64,000 nt of DNA from an uncultured delta proteobacterium (GCA_963808235.1 CAWEEQ010000004.1:1536001-1600000); one strand, 5' to 3'. Numbered from the stretch's first letter, positions 9,123 through 20,381 are shown. A program made the numbers and translations. Notes: generated by a model not told the origin, from the letters alone.

Positions 9123-10943
9123 TCACAGTTCGACGAACGGGCACAGGAGCATGACGCCCCCGCGAAGCAGCATCTCGAGCATCGCGGGGGCCCATCTGAG
9201 TGGGATGCCCAGCGTGGTCGCGAACGCGCGCATCGCCCACGGCGTGGAATCGGACAGCTCGAAGTTCTCGCGGCGGAGCCGGAACCATCGGCGCTCGGCG
9301 CGATAGGTCACGAGTTGGTGACGCTGACGCTCGTCGATTTTGGCGCGGGTGCGCGCAATCGCGATCGCAGTATCGAGTCCGCCGATTTCATCGACGAGCC
9401 CGCGCTCTTTGGCGGCGAGACCGCTCCAGATGCGGCCCTTGGCGACTGCCTCGGTCTGCTCGGCGCTTAGGCGCCGCCCTTCGGCGACCTTGGCGCTGAA
9501 GGCGTAATACAGATGACCCACGGTTTCGTTCATTTGTGCAAGCTCGTCCTCGGTGAGTCCACGCGCGATCGACATCGCGTCGCTGACCGGAACGCTCTTC
9601 ACATATTCCAGGTTGACGCCGAGCTCATTCATCAGGCCGCCGAGGTTGAACTTTGCGTAGACGACGCCGATCGAGCCGGTGATGGTGGTGGATTCCGCGA
9701 CGATAGCGTCGGCGCCGGCCGCGACGTAGTAGCCGCCCGAGCCGGCAACGTCGCCCATCGAGACTACGACCGGCTTGCCGCGGCCTTGAGCCTCGCGGAC
9801 CGCGCGCCAGACCATGTCGGAGCCGACCGCGGAGCCGCCGGGCGAATTGACGCGGAACACGATTGCGCGCACGCGAGAGTCGCGCGATGCGCGCTCGATT
9901 TGCGCGGCGGTCGTGACTCCGCTGATAACTTCGCCGGTGGTCATCGCGTCGCCGGCGATCACCGGGCCGCTGCCGTGGACCAGCGCGATTCGCGCGCGGC
10001 GCCCGCGCTCGCGCGCATAGATCGCGTGGCGGCGATATCGCGCCATGCTTATGAAGCTTTTGCGCTTGTTCTCGGGATCGAGCTCGGCGCGGATGTCTTC
10101 GATATAGCCCTCGCGATCGATCAAATGATTATCGACGGCGAACTTTGTGCTGACGAATCCAGCCGCGATGAGTTCGCGCGCTCGTTCAGGTGGAAGCTTG
10201 CGTGCCGACGCGATGGTCTCGACAAGGACCTTCTCCCAGTCGGCGACGATCGCCTCCATGCTTTCGCGCAGCGCCGGAGACATCGCGTCGCGCTCGAAAG
10301 TCTCGGCCGCACCCTTGTATTCTTTCCATTGCAGGGTCTGCGCCTGGATCTTCAGCTTCGCGAATGCCTTGCGGAGAAAGACTCCACCGGTGGCGACGCC
10401 GAGCAAGGTCAGCATCGTGTCGGGATTGGCGGCGATTTCGCCCGCGCCCGCGGCGACCATGTAATCGCGCAAGCCCACGCTGTCGCCGTTGAGAATCGCG
10501 ATGACCCGCTTGCCGGACGAATTTACCGCGCGGAGCAGGCGATGCAACTCATGAGCGGTCGCGAGGCCCGCGCCGAGTCCGGCGATTTCGACCACGATCG
10601 CACGAACGTCGCTGTCTGCGGCGGCTGAATCGAGCACATAGCGGAGATGATCGAGGCTGATTGCGCCGCGGCGCATGAGCTGATCGAGCGGCGAGCCGGT
10701 CACGTCTTCTTCGATGGGACCGGCGAGCCGAATCATCACGACGGCGTCGTCGGGAATCCGCGCCGGGCGCACGACCGCAAGCCAGAACGCGGCCACGACT
10801 GCGAGCGCCATCGCGAGGAGCGTAATCCCTGCGGTCCAGTAACCGGCATCGCATGCGACCGAGCCGGCGGCGGCCAGGACTGCGACCAGGATCGCGAGCC
10901 TGACCTCGCGACTTATCCACAAGCTTTCGAATGGGTTCGTCAT
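9123..10943 (-). CDS. sppA: Signal peptide peptidase SppA (67 kDa type)
   Basis: Two S49 domains; RVNSPGGSA, SMGDVAGSGGY, TITGSIGV, EYKGAAE. Confidence 0.92.
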   Translation of the reverse strand: MTNPFESLWISREVRLAILVAVLAAAGSVACDAGYWTAGITLLAMALAVVAAFWLAVVRPARIPDDAVVMIRLAGPIEEDVTGSPLDQLMRRGAISLDHLRYVLDSAAADSDVRAIVVEIAGLGAGLATAHELHRLLRAVNSSGKRVIAILNGDSVGLRDYMVAAGAGEIAANPDTMLTLLGVATGGVFLRKAFAKLKIQAQTLQWKEYKGAAETFERDAMSPALRESMEAIVADWEKVLVETIASARKLPPERARELIAAGFVSTKFAVDNHLIDREGYIEDIRAELDPENKRKSFISMARYRRHAIYARERGRRARIALVHGSGPVIAGDAMTTGEVISGVTTAAQIERASRDSRVRAIVFRVNSPGGSAVGSDMVWRAVREAQGRGKPVVVSMGDVAGSGGYYVAAGADAIVAESTTITGSIGVVYAKFNLGGLMNELGVNLEYVKSVPVSDAMSIARGLTEDELAQMNETVGHLYYAFSAKVAEGRRLSAEQTEAVAKGRIWSGLAAKERGLVDEIGGLDTAIAIARTRAKIDERQRHQLVTYRAERRWFRLRRENFELSDSTPWAMRAFATTLGIPLRWAPAMLEMLLRGGVMLLCPFVEL

Positions 10944-11035
10944 CTAGAGTGTTTTTGTAGAATGTTTTTGTAGAAAGTTTTTTGCCCGGAATCGGTCGCC
11001 TTTTTTGATTGTCCCAAATACACTACCGCTTTTCG

Positions 11036-12427
11036 ATGCCCAGGTCTGTCTTCATCCTGATTCTCGCGCTTAGTGTCGTCGGCTTATTCTCGTGCGCGAC
11101 CAGCGCACCGCCGCCAACGCCGGCGAAGCCTCCATTTGTCGCGCGCTCGGCGACGCTTGAAGTAACCAACGGGATCAAGATTCTTAGCACGGTTGAACTG
11201 CCCGACGGCTTTGTGCCGATCGCCGGGCGCGCCCCGATGTGGCTGCAAAACGGCGCCGAGATCGGCGTGGTCGGAACCGAGGGCGGACATACGATCGTGT
11301 ACGGTCTGGGCGGCACCGCGTGGCGGACGGGGCGGATTCTCGCGGCGGAGACGGGACCGCGCGCGGCTGAAGCCGGAACGATCGTGGACGTGGCCGCGAG
11401 TCCCGACGGTTTGACGCTGGCGACCGCGATGGTCACGCCGGACGGCAAGCGCCTCGACTTGATTGTTCGCGACCTGATCGCGACCGGGCCGGGGCAGGCG
11501 CTCGCCAGCTTCGACGGACGATTCGATTCGGTCTCGGTAAGCTGGATCAACCGAGCGACGATCGCGCTCGCCTTGCGACGGCATCCAGAGCCACCGGCGG
11601 AAGATCTTCCAAAGACCGAGCAAGACGACCAGAGTGCAGACGCCAACGCGGCGCCGCCGCCAACTCCCGCCGACGGATTGCAACTGATCGTGATCACCGG
11701 CGCGGGCAGCGTAGCACCGCTTAAGCTCTCGTGCCGGATGTCGCCGCTTAGCTGGAGCACACACGGAGTCTACGCGGTCGGCCAGGGTGACGCGGGCGCC
11801 GCGCCGATCATCATCGACCGGCGCAAAGGCTCCTGCACCAGTTTTCATGTTCACCAACCGATTCACGTGCTCGATTGGAACAGCGACGACGAAGGTACGT
11901 TTCTCTACGTCGGATCCGATCCCACGGGGCACAGCATCGGCACCTACCAGTACGACATCGCGACTGGCGCTGAGAAGTTGATCGCCGTATCGACTGGCGC
12001 CGCGTCGTTCACCGACGGCAACGATATCGTCTCGCTCGGCAATCAGAAGCTTACCTTCCGCGCCGCGATCGAGCAGCCGCAAGCGCCGATTCTCGCGCAG
12101 GTCGCGATTTCCGAAGCCGAGCAAGGTGAGGTCGACGTAAAATCGCTCGGCTTCAACACGGTGCCGGCGATGCTCGCGCAGAGCACGATGGCTTATGCGA
12201 AGAGCGCCGACGATGCAGCGATGCAAATCTTTGCGCCGAGCCTGCCGGTGCCATGGCGCAAAATAGTCACCTACTCGGAGCGCTCGGACAGCGCGTTTCT
12301 GATCGCCGCCGGTCCGGCCCGGGGTACGGTCACGATGAGCTGGTCGCCGCAGGGGCGATGGGTGGCGATTCTGGATGGCGATCCTACCGTCGGCACAGTG
12401 CTAAGCGTGCTGGTCCCGCCGCGCTGA
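11036..12427 (+). CDS. Hypothetical lipoprotein, possibly beta-propeller-like
   Basis: Lipobox-like LFSC after a hydrophobic stretch; SPDG/WSPQG repeats; start could be 11009. Confidence 0.6.
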   Translation: MPRSVFILILALSVVGLFSCATSAPPPTPAKPPFVARSATLEVTNGIKILSTVELPDGFVPIAGRAPMWLQNGAEIGVVGTEGGHTIVYGLGGTAWRTGRILAAETGPRAAEAGTIVDVAASPDGLTLATAMVTPDGKRLDLIVRDLIATGPGQALASFDGRFDSVSVSWINRATIALALRRHPEPPAEDLPKTEQDDQSADANAAPPPTPADGLQLIVITGAGSVAPLKLSCRMSPLSWSTHGVYAVGQGDAGAAPIIIDRRKGSCTSFHVHQPIHVLDWNSDDEGTFLYVGSDPTGHSIGTYQYDIATGAEKLIAVSTGAASFTDGNDIVSLGNQKLTFRAAIEQPQAPILAQVAISEAEQGEVDVKSLGFNTVPAMLAQSTMAYAKSADDAAMQIFAPSLPVPWRKIVTYSERSDSAFLIAAGPARGTVTMSWSPQGRWVAILDGDPTVGTVLSVLVPPR

Positions 12428-12428
12428 G

Positions 12429-14627
12429 TCAGCTGCCCATTCGCGCGCGATTCTCGAAGTAGTCTGCCGCAGCACGAAACGCCGCCGCGGCGCGCTCGAA
12501 ACTGTCGAACACGACCAACCCACGCTCGCGGGCAAGTTGTTTGCCGCGTGCGACGATCGCCTCGACATGCGCGGGATGCATCACGACGGCGAACGGCTTC
12601 GCCGAGCGGCTCGCGAACGCCGTGAGCTTGTCGAGCAGTCCGGTGATTTCGTCCTCGTGCGCGGCCCATCGCGCGGCGCGAAGCCCGGTCCCGACTTCCA
12701 GAACGATCGCGTCGATCACCTGGTCGCGGTCGAGGATCTCGAGAATGCGATCGAGGTTGCCCTGATGCAGCCCGGACCCGATCGTCCCGCCCGCGTCGAG
12801 CGGATTGCGATAGCTGCCGCCGATAATGTTGAAGAACGATTTGAGCTCCGTATACGACGACTCCGACAACGCCGGAATCTCCAGCCCCGCGGTTGCGAAC
12901 GTGTCGGTAATCACCACGGATTGCCCACCGGTCATCGCAACCAGGCCCATCCGCCTTCCAGAAAGACGTTTTGAGCGCGCGAGTAACTCGACCGCGTCGA
13001 GCATCGCGTCGAGATTCGCGACTTCGACCGCGCCGCTTTGCCGCACGACCGCGCGCCAAGTCGCTTCGTCGGTCGCAAGCGAGCCGGTATGCGAGAAGGT
13101 CGCACGCGCGCCAGCCTCGGTGATACCGCCCTTCCAAATCACCACCGGATGACGCTCAGCCGCGCGCCGCACGCTGTTGAAGAAACGCCGGCCGTCGCGC
13201 ACCCCTTCGATATACATCCCGATCACGGTGGTCGCAGCGTCGTCGCTCATCAGATCGATGTAGTCGGCGGCCTCGAGCACCAGGACATTGCCAATCGACG
13301 CCGCCTTGTTGATTTCAATTCCGCGCGACGGCGCCTGCAGGCAAAAGTTGATGGTGTGAGTGCCGCTTTGCGAAATGAAGCAGACGTTACCCGAGGGGCC
13401 GACTTTTTCTTCGGGAAAATTGCACAGCCCCGCGCCCGGACTATAGAGGCCCATGCAATTCGGGCCGACCAGCGCGATTTCCGAGTTTATCGCGATGTCG
13501 CGAAGTTCGGCTTCGAGGCGGATTCCGAGTTCTTCCGACGTTTCCGAAAATCCCGAGGTGAAAAATCCGATCGAGCCAACTCGATTCGCGACGCAATCCT
13601 TCAAAATTCGCGGCGCGATCTGCCGCGGCACCGCGCTGACCGCATAGTCGATCGGTTCGGTTATCTCGGCGAGGCTTTTTCGATTCTCCACGCCGAGCGC
13701 TTCGATGCCGGGAATTTCGTTTGGGTCGATCTGAACGGAGTAGAGCTTGCCCTTCAGATTCTTCATCGCGCGGAGCCACATGTATCCGCCCATGCGCTTG
13801 TCGCCGATCACGGCGACCGCGCGCGGATTGAATGCGCGCCCCAGATTTTCCAGCCGCGCCGCGCGATGCGGATCGGGCGCGGGAGTCGCGGCGGCGGCGG
13901 GAGCGAGCACGATTCGAGCGTCGAGGATCGCAAGTCCGTCGTTGTATGCGACCACCGGATTCAAATCCATTTCGGCAATTTCAGGATGCGCCGCCGCGAA
14001 TCCCGCCACCGTTTCGAGGATCGAGACGATCGCGTCGATATCGACGCCCGGCTGACCGCGCACACCGCGCAGGATTTGCGCGCCGCGCAACTCGGAGAGC
14101 ATCGCGGCTGCCTCACGCCCGCCGATCGGTGCGAGACGCACCGAGGTGTCCTTCATCACCTCGACCATCACGCCGCCGAGCCCAACCATCACCATCGCAC
14201 CGAACCGCGCGTCGCGCATCGTCCCCACGATCAGCTCGAGTCCCGCACGCGCCATGGGCTGCACGGCGACACCTTCGAAACTGGCTCCTGGAGCCTTCGC
14301 ACCAAGATTGCGCCGTATCCGCTCGAAGGCGGCGCGGACCTCGGCCGGGTCCGCAAGATTCAGTTCGACGCCGCCGACGTCGCTCTTGTGGCTCACGCTC
14401 GGCGACAGCACCTTGAGCACGACCGGAAAGCCCATCTTTTCTGCCGCGAGCGCGGCTTCATCAGCGCTCGGCGCAACTTCCGGCACCGTGACCGGCAAGC
14501 CCAGCGCATGCAGAACTCGCTTGCTCTCGATCTCGGTTAGTACGGATCGTCCGCTCGACCTGGCAGACGATACAATTGACGAAAGTGTAGAGTCGCTCAC
14601 GCTTGTCGCGTATAGCAGAGCCAACAC
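12429..14627 (-). CDS. Acetate--CoA ligase (ADP-forming) family, ATP-grasp domain N-terminal to CoA-binding domains
   Basis: GFPVVLK...HKSDVGGV, EMDLNP, GPNCMG, ISQSG, SHTGSL, NPLD; true start may be about 14600. Confidence 0.88.
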   Translation of the reverse strand: MLALLYATSVSDSTLSSIVSSARSSGRSVLTEIESKRVLHALGLPVTVPEVAPSADEAALAAEKMGFPVVLKVLSPSVSHKSDVGGVELNLADPAEVRAAFERIRRNLGAKAPGASFEGVAVQPMARAGLELIVGTMRDARFGAMVMVGLGGVMVEVMKDTSVRLAPIGGREAAAMLSELRGAQILRGVRGQPGVDIDAIVSILETVAGFAAAHPEIAEMDLNPVVAYNDGLAILDARIVLAPAAAATPAPDPHRAARLENLGRAFNPRAVAVIGDKRMGGYMWLRAMKNLKGKLYSVQIDPNEIPGIEALGVENRKSLAEITEPIDYAVSAVPRQIAPRILKDCVANRVGSIGFFTSGFSETSEELGIRLEAELRDIAINSEIALVGPNCMGLYSPGAGLCNFPEEKVGPSGNVCFISQSGTHTINFCLQAPSRGIEINKAASIGNVLVLEAADYIDLMSDDAATTVIGMYIEGVRDGRRFFNSVRRAAERHPVVIWKGGITEAGARATFSHTGSLATDEATWRAVVRQSGAVEVANLDAMLDAVELLARSKRLSGRRMGLVAMTGGQSVVITDTFATAGLEIPALSESSYTELKSFFNIIGGSYRNPLDAGGTIGSGLHQGNLDRILEILDRDQVIDAIVLEVGTGLRAARWAAHEDEITGLLDKLTAFASRSAKPFAVVMHPAHVEAIVARGKQLARERGLVVFDSFERAAAAFRAAADYFENRARMGS

Positions 14628-14657
14628 AGTATTTGAACCGGATTGGGAGCTTCACCG

Positions 14658-15689
14658 ATGCCGCGCCGAGCCAAATTGCGACCTAAAGTTTTCGTTGCGC
14701 GCCGAATCGATCAAGCCGCACTCGAGCGACTTAGGGGCATTGCGTCGGTCACGGTATGGAACAATGAGATGCCGCCGTCGGACAAGGCGCTGAGACTCGG
14801 GCTCGCGGACGCCGATGCGGTGCTTTCGATGCTCACCGAAAAAATCGACGCTTCCGTGATCGCTCACGCACCGCGGCTCCGCGTGATCAGCAACCTGGCC
14901 GTGGGCGTGGATAATATCGATCTCGAGGCCGCCACACGCGCCGGTGTCGCGGTCGGTCATACCCCCGGCGTCCTGACTGAGGCGACCGCCGATTTGAGTT
15001 TCGGCTTGATGATGGCGACGGCACGTAGAATCGCCGAGGCCGACCGCTATGTGCGCGCCGGACGATGGCGCACCTGGGGGCCGATGACGATGCTAGGACG
15101 CGACATCTACGGCGGTACGCTCGGGATAATCGGATGGGGCGCGATTGGGCAGGCGATGGCGCGCCGTGCGAGCGGATTCGGCATGCGAGTGCTGTATCTC
15201 GAACATCGGTCGCGGAGAAAATCTCGTCCAGAAGCCGGCGCGCGCGCTCTCGCGTCGGCACATCGCGTCACCCTGCCCCGCCTGCTCGCCGAGTCCGACT
15301 TCATTTCGCTTCATGCGCCGCTGACGCCCGAGACTTATCACATGCTCGGGAGGCGCGAGTTCGCACAGATGAAGCCGGGCGCCATTTTGATTAACACGGC
15401 GCGCGGCGCAGTCGTCGATCAGGACGCGCTGGTTCGAGCGCTCAAGTCGGGGAATCTCGCCGGCGCCGGACTCGACGTGACCGATCCGGAACCGATAGCG
15501 CGCTCCGACGCGCTGCTCAAATTCGACAATGTCGTCATCACGCCGCATATCGGCAGCGCCAGCACCGCGACGCGGGAGCGGATGGCGGCGATGGCGGTCG
15601 ACAATATTTCCGCGGTATTCGAGGGACGCCGTCCGCGATGGTGCGTGAATCCCCAGGTCAGGCTGCGCCCTTCCCCCTGCGCAACCTGA
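14658..15689 (+). CDS. D-isomer-specific 2-hydroxyacid dehydrogenase (glyoxylate reductase/D-glycerate dehydrogenase)
   Basis: GVDNID, GWGAIG, INTARG, LDVTDPEP, TPHIGSA. Confidence 0.92.
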   Translation: MPRRAKLRPKVFVARRIDQAALERLRGIASVTVWNNEMPPSDKALRLGLADADAVLSMLTEKIDASVIAHAPRLRVISNLAVGVDNIDLEAATRAGVAVGHTPGVLTEATADLSFGLMMATARRIAEADRYVRAGRWRTWGPMTMLGRDIYGGTLGIIGWGAIGQAMARRASGFGMRVLYLEHRSRRKSRPEAGARALASAHRVTLPRLLAESDFISLHAPLTPETYHMLGRREFAQMKPGAILINTARGAVVDQDALVRALKSGNLAGAGLDVTDPEPIARSDALLKFDNVVITPHIGSASTATRERMAAMAVDNISAVFEGRRPRWCVNPQVRLRPSPCAT

Positions 15690-15724
15690 CCGGGTTCTGT
15701 CTAATGAAGCTCTTAGGAGAAGTG

Positions 15725-16072
15725 CTAGTTGCCGTTAATCGACCAGCTTGCGTTGCCGGTGCAGCTATTCACCGAATAGGAGTACGCATACTGCGTCGCG
15801 CCGTATAGCACTGCCATCAGATCGTATTGACAGTTTTCAGATCCGTCGCTGATATTGATCGTGGCCTGCTGGCCGGGCGCGAGCGACTGTCCGGAGTACA
15901 AGTTCGTCGAGGTGTCAAAAGCCGACGCGCTGGTGGGCGAGGCATAGAACTCGGTCATCGTATAGCTCGTATTATTTGTCACTGTGATGCCTTTGCTATC
16001 CGCGCGCGCGGTGGCGGCACCGGTGACGCTGAAGAGAACGAGCACGGCTACTATATTGCGCATCGATTTCAT
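15725..16072 (-). CDS. Small secreted beta-rich protein, last gene of Tad cassette A
   Basis: Signal peptide (ARA), ITVTNNT...FYASP...CQYDL...NSC; 34 nt downstream of tadE on the same strand. Confidence 0.7.
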   Translation of the reverse strand: MKSMRNIVAVLVLFSVTGAATARADSKGITVTNNTSYTMTEFYASPTSASAFDTSTNLYSGQSLAPGQQATINISDGSENCQYDLMAVLYGATQYAYSYSVNSCTGNASWSINGN

Positions 16073-16106
16073 TTTTTGTTTCAACTCCGTTTTACTTGAA
16101 GTAAGT

Positions 16107-16595
16107 TCAGTTTGTAGTGCCTTCGCAGAACACTGATTCAGAACTAGTCAGAGTTTTAGGAAAATGGATGCCCAGGAATGGATTGGGCAGCGCCACTACC
16201 CCATCAGTCTTGAAAGTGGTCGAGACTGTCACAGCGTTGCCGAAGGTGCATGGAGGAGTCGGGTTCAAAGTCGAACTCAGATACTTTCCCCCGTTAGCGC
16301 TGATAGTCGGGGCTGCCACCGAGAGCATAAAGGTCTGAATCTGGGACTGGGTGTAGGTGCCGTGCAGTTGCGCATAGCGCGCACCCTGATAGTTCGCCTG
16401 GCCCAGAGCCAACGATGCTTCACCGATCATCGCGTATTGAATTCCTACCAGCATCATTATCAATAGCACCGGTAACGTAGCAGCGAGCTCGACCGCGGAT
16501 TGCGCACGGCTGCCTCCGCCGAGCCTCCGTACGATTGACGCAATCACGGTGAGTCGCCCTTTAGCCGCGTTGTCACTATGTCTTCGCCTAATCAT
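16107..16595 (-). CDS. TadE/TadG family pseudopilin
   Basis: RAQSAVELAATLP prepilin-like site, hydrophobic helix, GARYA. Confidence 0.85.
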   Translation of the reverse strand: MIRRRHSDNAAKGRLTVIASIVRRLGGGSRAQSAVELAATLPVLLIMMLVGIQYAMIGEASLALGQANYQGARYAQLHGTYTQSQIQTFMLSVAAPTISANGGKYLSSTLNPTPPCTFGNAVTVSTTFKTDGVVALPNPFLGIHFPKTLTSSESVFCEGTTN

Positions 16596-16652
16596 TGATC
16601 TTCCGCCTTCCACTGAGTTTCTCTGGTTCGCCGTTCGCATGCGGCGCGGATC

Positions 16653-17705
16653 TTATTGTTTGAGGAACGGGTGTCCAACCCCGCCGAAATTTGGAGCGCT
16701 CGCATCGCCGTAGCTATTCGCGACGACCTGGCTGATGAAGTGCACAAAGACCTGGCCCGGCTTGCAGCCGTTCGGGGCGCCGGTTTCGCCGCAGTAGCTG
16801 TCGAGCCATAGCGTGGCGAATGCATCCACTTGCACCGTCGTCCGGCCGTTTTGATGTTCCCAGTCCACCACTGGCAGGACGAACACCCGAGGATTTGTTC
16901 CGATATGATTTGAGAAAGTGCCGTTCGGGTCGACGCTCGCGGCCGTGTTAATGCGGTCCTGGAAGCCCTGATCGACGGGGCCGACCTTCTTGCCTGGTTC
17001 GGTGGTCACCCAGTCTCCAACCGTGACTAGTCCGCTATAACCATCGGCGATATTGCCGCGCAGATTGTTTCCGCCGACTCCGCCCAGCGCCAGCAAGTCC
17101 CAGTTGCCCGGTCCGACCTCACCCTGGTTTAGGGTTATCGGATTGTCGTAGCTGTACACCGTGTTGTGATCGAGTCCGATCGGTATGAGCTGGCAAGAGC
17201 CGATGGTATTACAGGGAGCAGGCAGCGGTGCGGGTCCGGGTCCAGGAGCGCCGACACTGTAGGTCGGAGGTGGGAGCACCGCAGTGGCCGAAGCCTTAAC
17301 GATGCCTGTGGTAAGTCCAAGCACGCGGGCGAAGAAGTAAGGAACCGTTCGCTGCACCGACATCGAGATCGAAAGGTCATTCACCGCGACGGTGGTAGAC
17401 TTGATCTCCGCAGCGGCAATATTGTTGGCCTCCGCGTACTGCTTAGCGATTGTGATCGCCTGAGTTGGATTCTCAGGAAGTGAGTTTCCGCCGGCGATCA
17501 CGGCCGCGTCGACCGCCTTCTGTAGCTGCATCCAGTTGTAGTACTGCACGGCGACATCGGTACCCAGGGAGATGGCACCAAGCAGTACGACGATTCCGCA
17601 GGCAACTAGAGGCATCACCTGACCAGTCGGCCATCGGCGACGCGTTTTGGGCGGTTTGACAGACCCTACGGGAAGTACAGATCTCTGCGTTCGATGTAGC
17701 AACAT
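16653..17705 (-). CDS. TadG-like pilus tip protein (type A)
   Basis: GQVMPLV...LGTDVA...LQKAVDAAVIAG Tad N-domain; PYFFARVLG; GPGNW...PRVFVLPVV C-domain. Confidence 0.85.
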   Translation of the reverse strand: MLLHRTQRSVLPVGSVKPPKTRRRWPTGQVMPLVACGIVVLLGAISLGTDVAVQYYNWMQLQKAVDAAVIAGGNSLPENPTQAITIAKQYAEANNIAAAEIKSTTVAVNDLSISMSVQRTVPYFFARVLGLTTGIVKASATAVLPPPTYSVGAPGPGPAPLPAPCNTIGSCQLIPIGLDHNTVYSYDNPITLNQGEVGPGNWDLLALGGVGGNNLRGNIADGYSGLVTVGDWVTTEPGKKVGPVDQGFQDRINTAASVDPNGTFSNHIGTNPRVFVLPVVDWEHQNGRTTVQVDAFATLWLDSYCGETGAPNGCKPGQVFVHFISQVVANSYGDASAPNFGGVGHPFLKQ

Positions 17706-17877
17706 GTGAACCCTCCCGGACGAAACAGCAAGCAAAATGCCTGCCATCGCTCGCCGAGGGCGGCAATCAAGTCTTTTGGCCTCTAAAAACTCCTTGTGAA
17801 TCGTGGACTTTAATGGGTTTCTTGGCCCCTTGTTGGGTCTACAGGAGTCATGGTGGGCCGCTGTACTGTATCTAAAC

Positions 17878-17894
17878 TGCTACATTATGTAGCA
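17878..17894. promoter_or_regulatory. Perfect palindrome upstream of Tad cassette A
   Basis: TGCTACAT-T-ATGTAGCA. Confidence 0.4.
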
Positions 17895-18034
17895 AATCTG
17901 CGAGTCCGCTGAGCCTCAACGCTGGCGAAATTCAGCTTCGGATTGTGGCTCTCCGCCCCTGACCCTGACGCAAATAACTATAAAATGTTTTGCGGTCATT
18001 CCCTTCCCTCGAGGGAAAGAGACGGGTCAGGCTG

Positions 18035-18458
18035 CTATTGCGACACGAGCATCTGGGAGCTGCTGCTCAATTTGAGCGTCACGGGACTCATGAACGGAAT
18101 GTTCTGCGTGTAGAGGTATGTGATCGTGACTTGCGCATCCTTCTGCAGAGGAAGGCTCGGATCAGTGACAAAAAAAGGACCGGGAACATCGGCCGCGCTC
18201 AGGAACGGCGCCTCGTTTATGGCGATCTGCTGAATCTGAGCGTCGGTGGCCGGGTTCTGGCTGGTGGGACCATGAACCATCGCGTAGCGAGCGGCCTCCC
18301 GCGCAGCCATGCGAGATGCTGGTATATCTATAAACCACGATACCCATCTTCATGATTCCAAACAGCACCAGGAAAAAGGCCAGCGGCCATCGTCGCGAAC
18401 TCAACCGATCGTCTGGCCGCGAGGTCTCCTGACCGAGCAATGAAAACCGCTTCTTCAT
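18035..18458 (-). pseudogene. Frameshifted TadE pseudopilin
   Basis: PLAFFLVLFGIMKMGIVVY in one frame, AAREAARYAMVHG...SSSQMLVSQ in another. Confidence 0.75.
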
Positions 18459-18469
18459 TGTTGTTGAAT

Positions 18470-18954
18470 CTATTGTTGAACTTGCATGATCGCTTTGCCG
18501 GACAGCGTCATCGAGGAAGGAACCATTGGATACGTCAGGAGGGTATGAAAGGTTGCTGAGGTATCGACCTCGACATAGCTCGCCGTCGGCGCGTCCTTGC
18601 AGTAGCTTGCGGTGCATTCGTGACGTTCTGCGGAGTCGTCGTTACACAGGTGCAGATGATGTGGTCGGCGTATTCCAATCCGGGAATGTTCGCGCCATCG
18701 GCGTTGGCTGCCGCCACCATGCCGGCCGGAGTGGCTGCGTTTTGGACCGACTGCGAGCCGTATTGCGCGCCGGCGCGCGCCGCGTTGTTTACCGCGATGC
18801 TGACGAAGAAGACCCGGGCGAAATCGGAAACCACGAGCAGCAGCAGCACCAAAACGGGCAAGACAATCGCCAACTCGATTGCGCTCTGGCCTTTTTCAGA
18901 AAGCCAGCATCTCCGCTCTTTCGGCTTCTCTGTCTGGAACCGCACTCTATTCAT
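18470..18954 (-). pseudogene. Frameshifted TadE pseudopilin
   Basis: KGQSAIELAIVLP...AARAGAQYG, then the frame breaks after ICTC; C-terminus ...IMQVQQ* is in another frame. Confidence 0.75.
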
Positions 18955-20251
18955 AAAGTCTGCTGGTGGTGATCGGTGGCGTCTGGCCTGGGCCTGACGC
19001 ACCGCTACCCAAGTAGGCACTGCCGCCGCTGAAAGTAATCTTACCAGGCGTCCAGAGACCACATTTTCGGGAGTCGTCGAACTGCCGCCCGAAAAAGTCA
19101 GCGTCGCGTCGGGGAAATAGAGCGCGCCCTGGATGTTCCCGGTGCTGCCCCCGCTGAGTGCGATCGCTGCCGCAGTGTTGGCAGGGTCCTGAAAGAAGAG
19201 AATCATGTTCGTAGCGCCGCCAGTCGTCTGCGCGGTAAGATTCGCCGTGCTGCCGCCCTGGAGGTTTATTCTTCCCGGTACCGGTATTGTAGATGGTGAC
19301 TCCGCTTCCATTGATGGTTGACGTCCCGCTGACAGTAGAGACCTTGTTGCCAGTCAGGATATAGAGACCAGAATTAAGGTGAGCGTGCCGCCGGAGAGCG
19401 TTAGATGCCAGGTCACAGTAAGTGCCCTGGTAATCGCCCGCCATGGCCGGCCAGTGGCGACTGTATTGATCGTAAGGATTTGTACCTTACACAAACTGCC
19501 TGGCGTTGGCTCCGTCGCGAGTCCAGGTAGGCCAATGGATCCGGCGTAACGGCGCAAGTTTCGGTCGTGACAATTGGCGGTGCTTCCCGCACGTAAGTGA
19601 GGCTGGTGCCCCGAGCTCCCGTCTCGCTACTCGCCACGACTCCAATCGTCGACTCGGCAGAACGTCGAACCGCCGCTGACATCCATTCGCATCGCTGTCG
19701 GAAGACTCAACCAAGAGACCGCAGCTCGCCGATAACGTGCTGAGCCGCCGCTGACGACCAAGGTCTTGTGAACCAGTCGGGTCGCAACATAATATGCAGT
19801 TGGGCGCGGTGTCATAGCCGGCGATCGCCTAGGTGCTCACGCTCACCGTTTTGTACCCAAGTGCCCGCATAAAATACGTCGGCACGGGTTCCGACACATC
19901 TGCCTCAACATAGATCCCACCGGCCGGGCTGGGAGCAGATGCCGGCGATTTAACCGTTACGGTCACGTTATTTGTGCCGTTAGTAAAACCGTCGAGCGCA
20001 GCTACATCCTGTGCGGCCGATCCGCAAACTGCGGCACTCTCGCAAGTGCAGCCCGCGCTGGTGCCGCAATCCTGTTTCAGAGCATTGGATCCCGCGATGG
20101 CCGCGGCATCGGCAGCCGTCTGCATGTTGCGCCGCGTTGCATAGAGAAAACCCACGTCAACTGCCAGCGCGGCGAAACCGAGAATTAACAACATCGCGCC
20201 AGTAGCCAGCACCACAACCTGTCCCGATTCCGACTTCCGCCCGCTCATCAT
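18947..20251 (-). pseudogene. Degraded TadG-like protein (type B): premature stop plus multiple frameshifts
   Basis: SGQVVVL...AVDVG...MQTAADAAAIAG until TAG at 19829; later fragments DPLAYL, QGTYC, GVTIYNTG, ILFFQD, GALYFP in changing frames match the intact paralog at 22718-24103. Confidence 0.8.
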
Positions 20252-20381
20252 TTTGTTGATCCTTGCGAATTGATTTCGCTTCGAAGTTTTTGGCGCATCT
20301 TCAAGAACTGACCGGAACCCGCCCTGAAGTCGGATCTCCGCCACTTCTTGAGATTGATGGCGATTTACCTCCAACGCCCCG

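Noticed and set aside
10951-10983. Short TTTTGTAGA duplications here and at about 567-590
   Set aside because: Too short to assign a function; compatible with slippage
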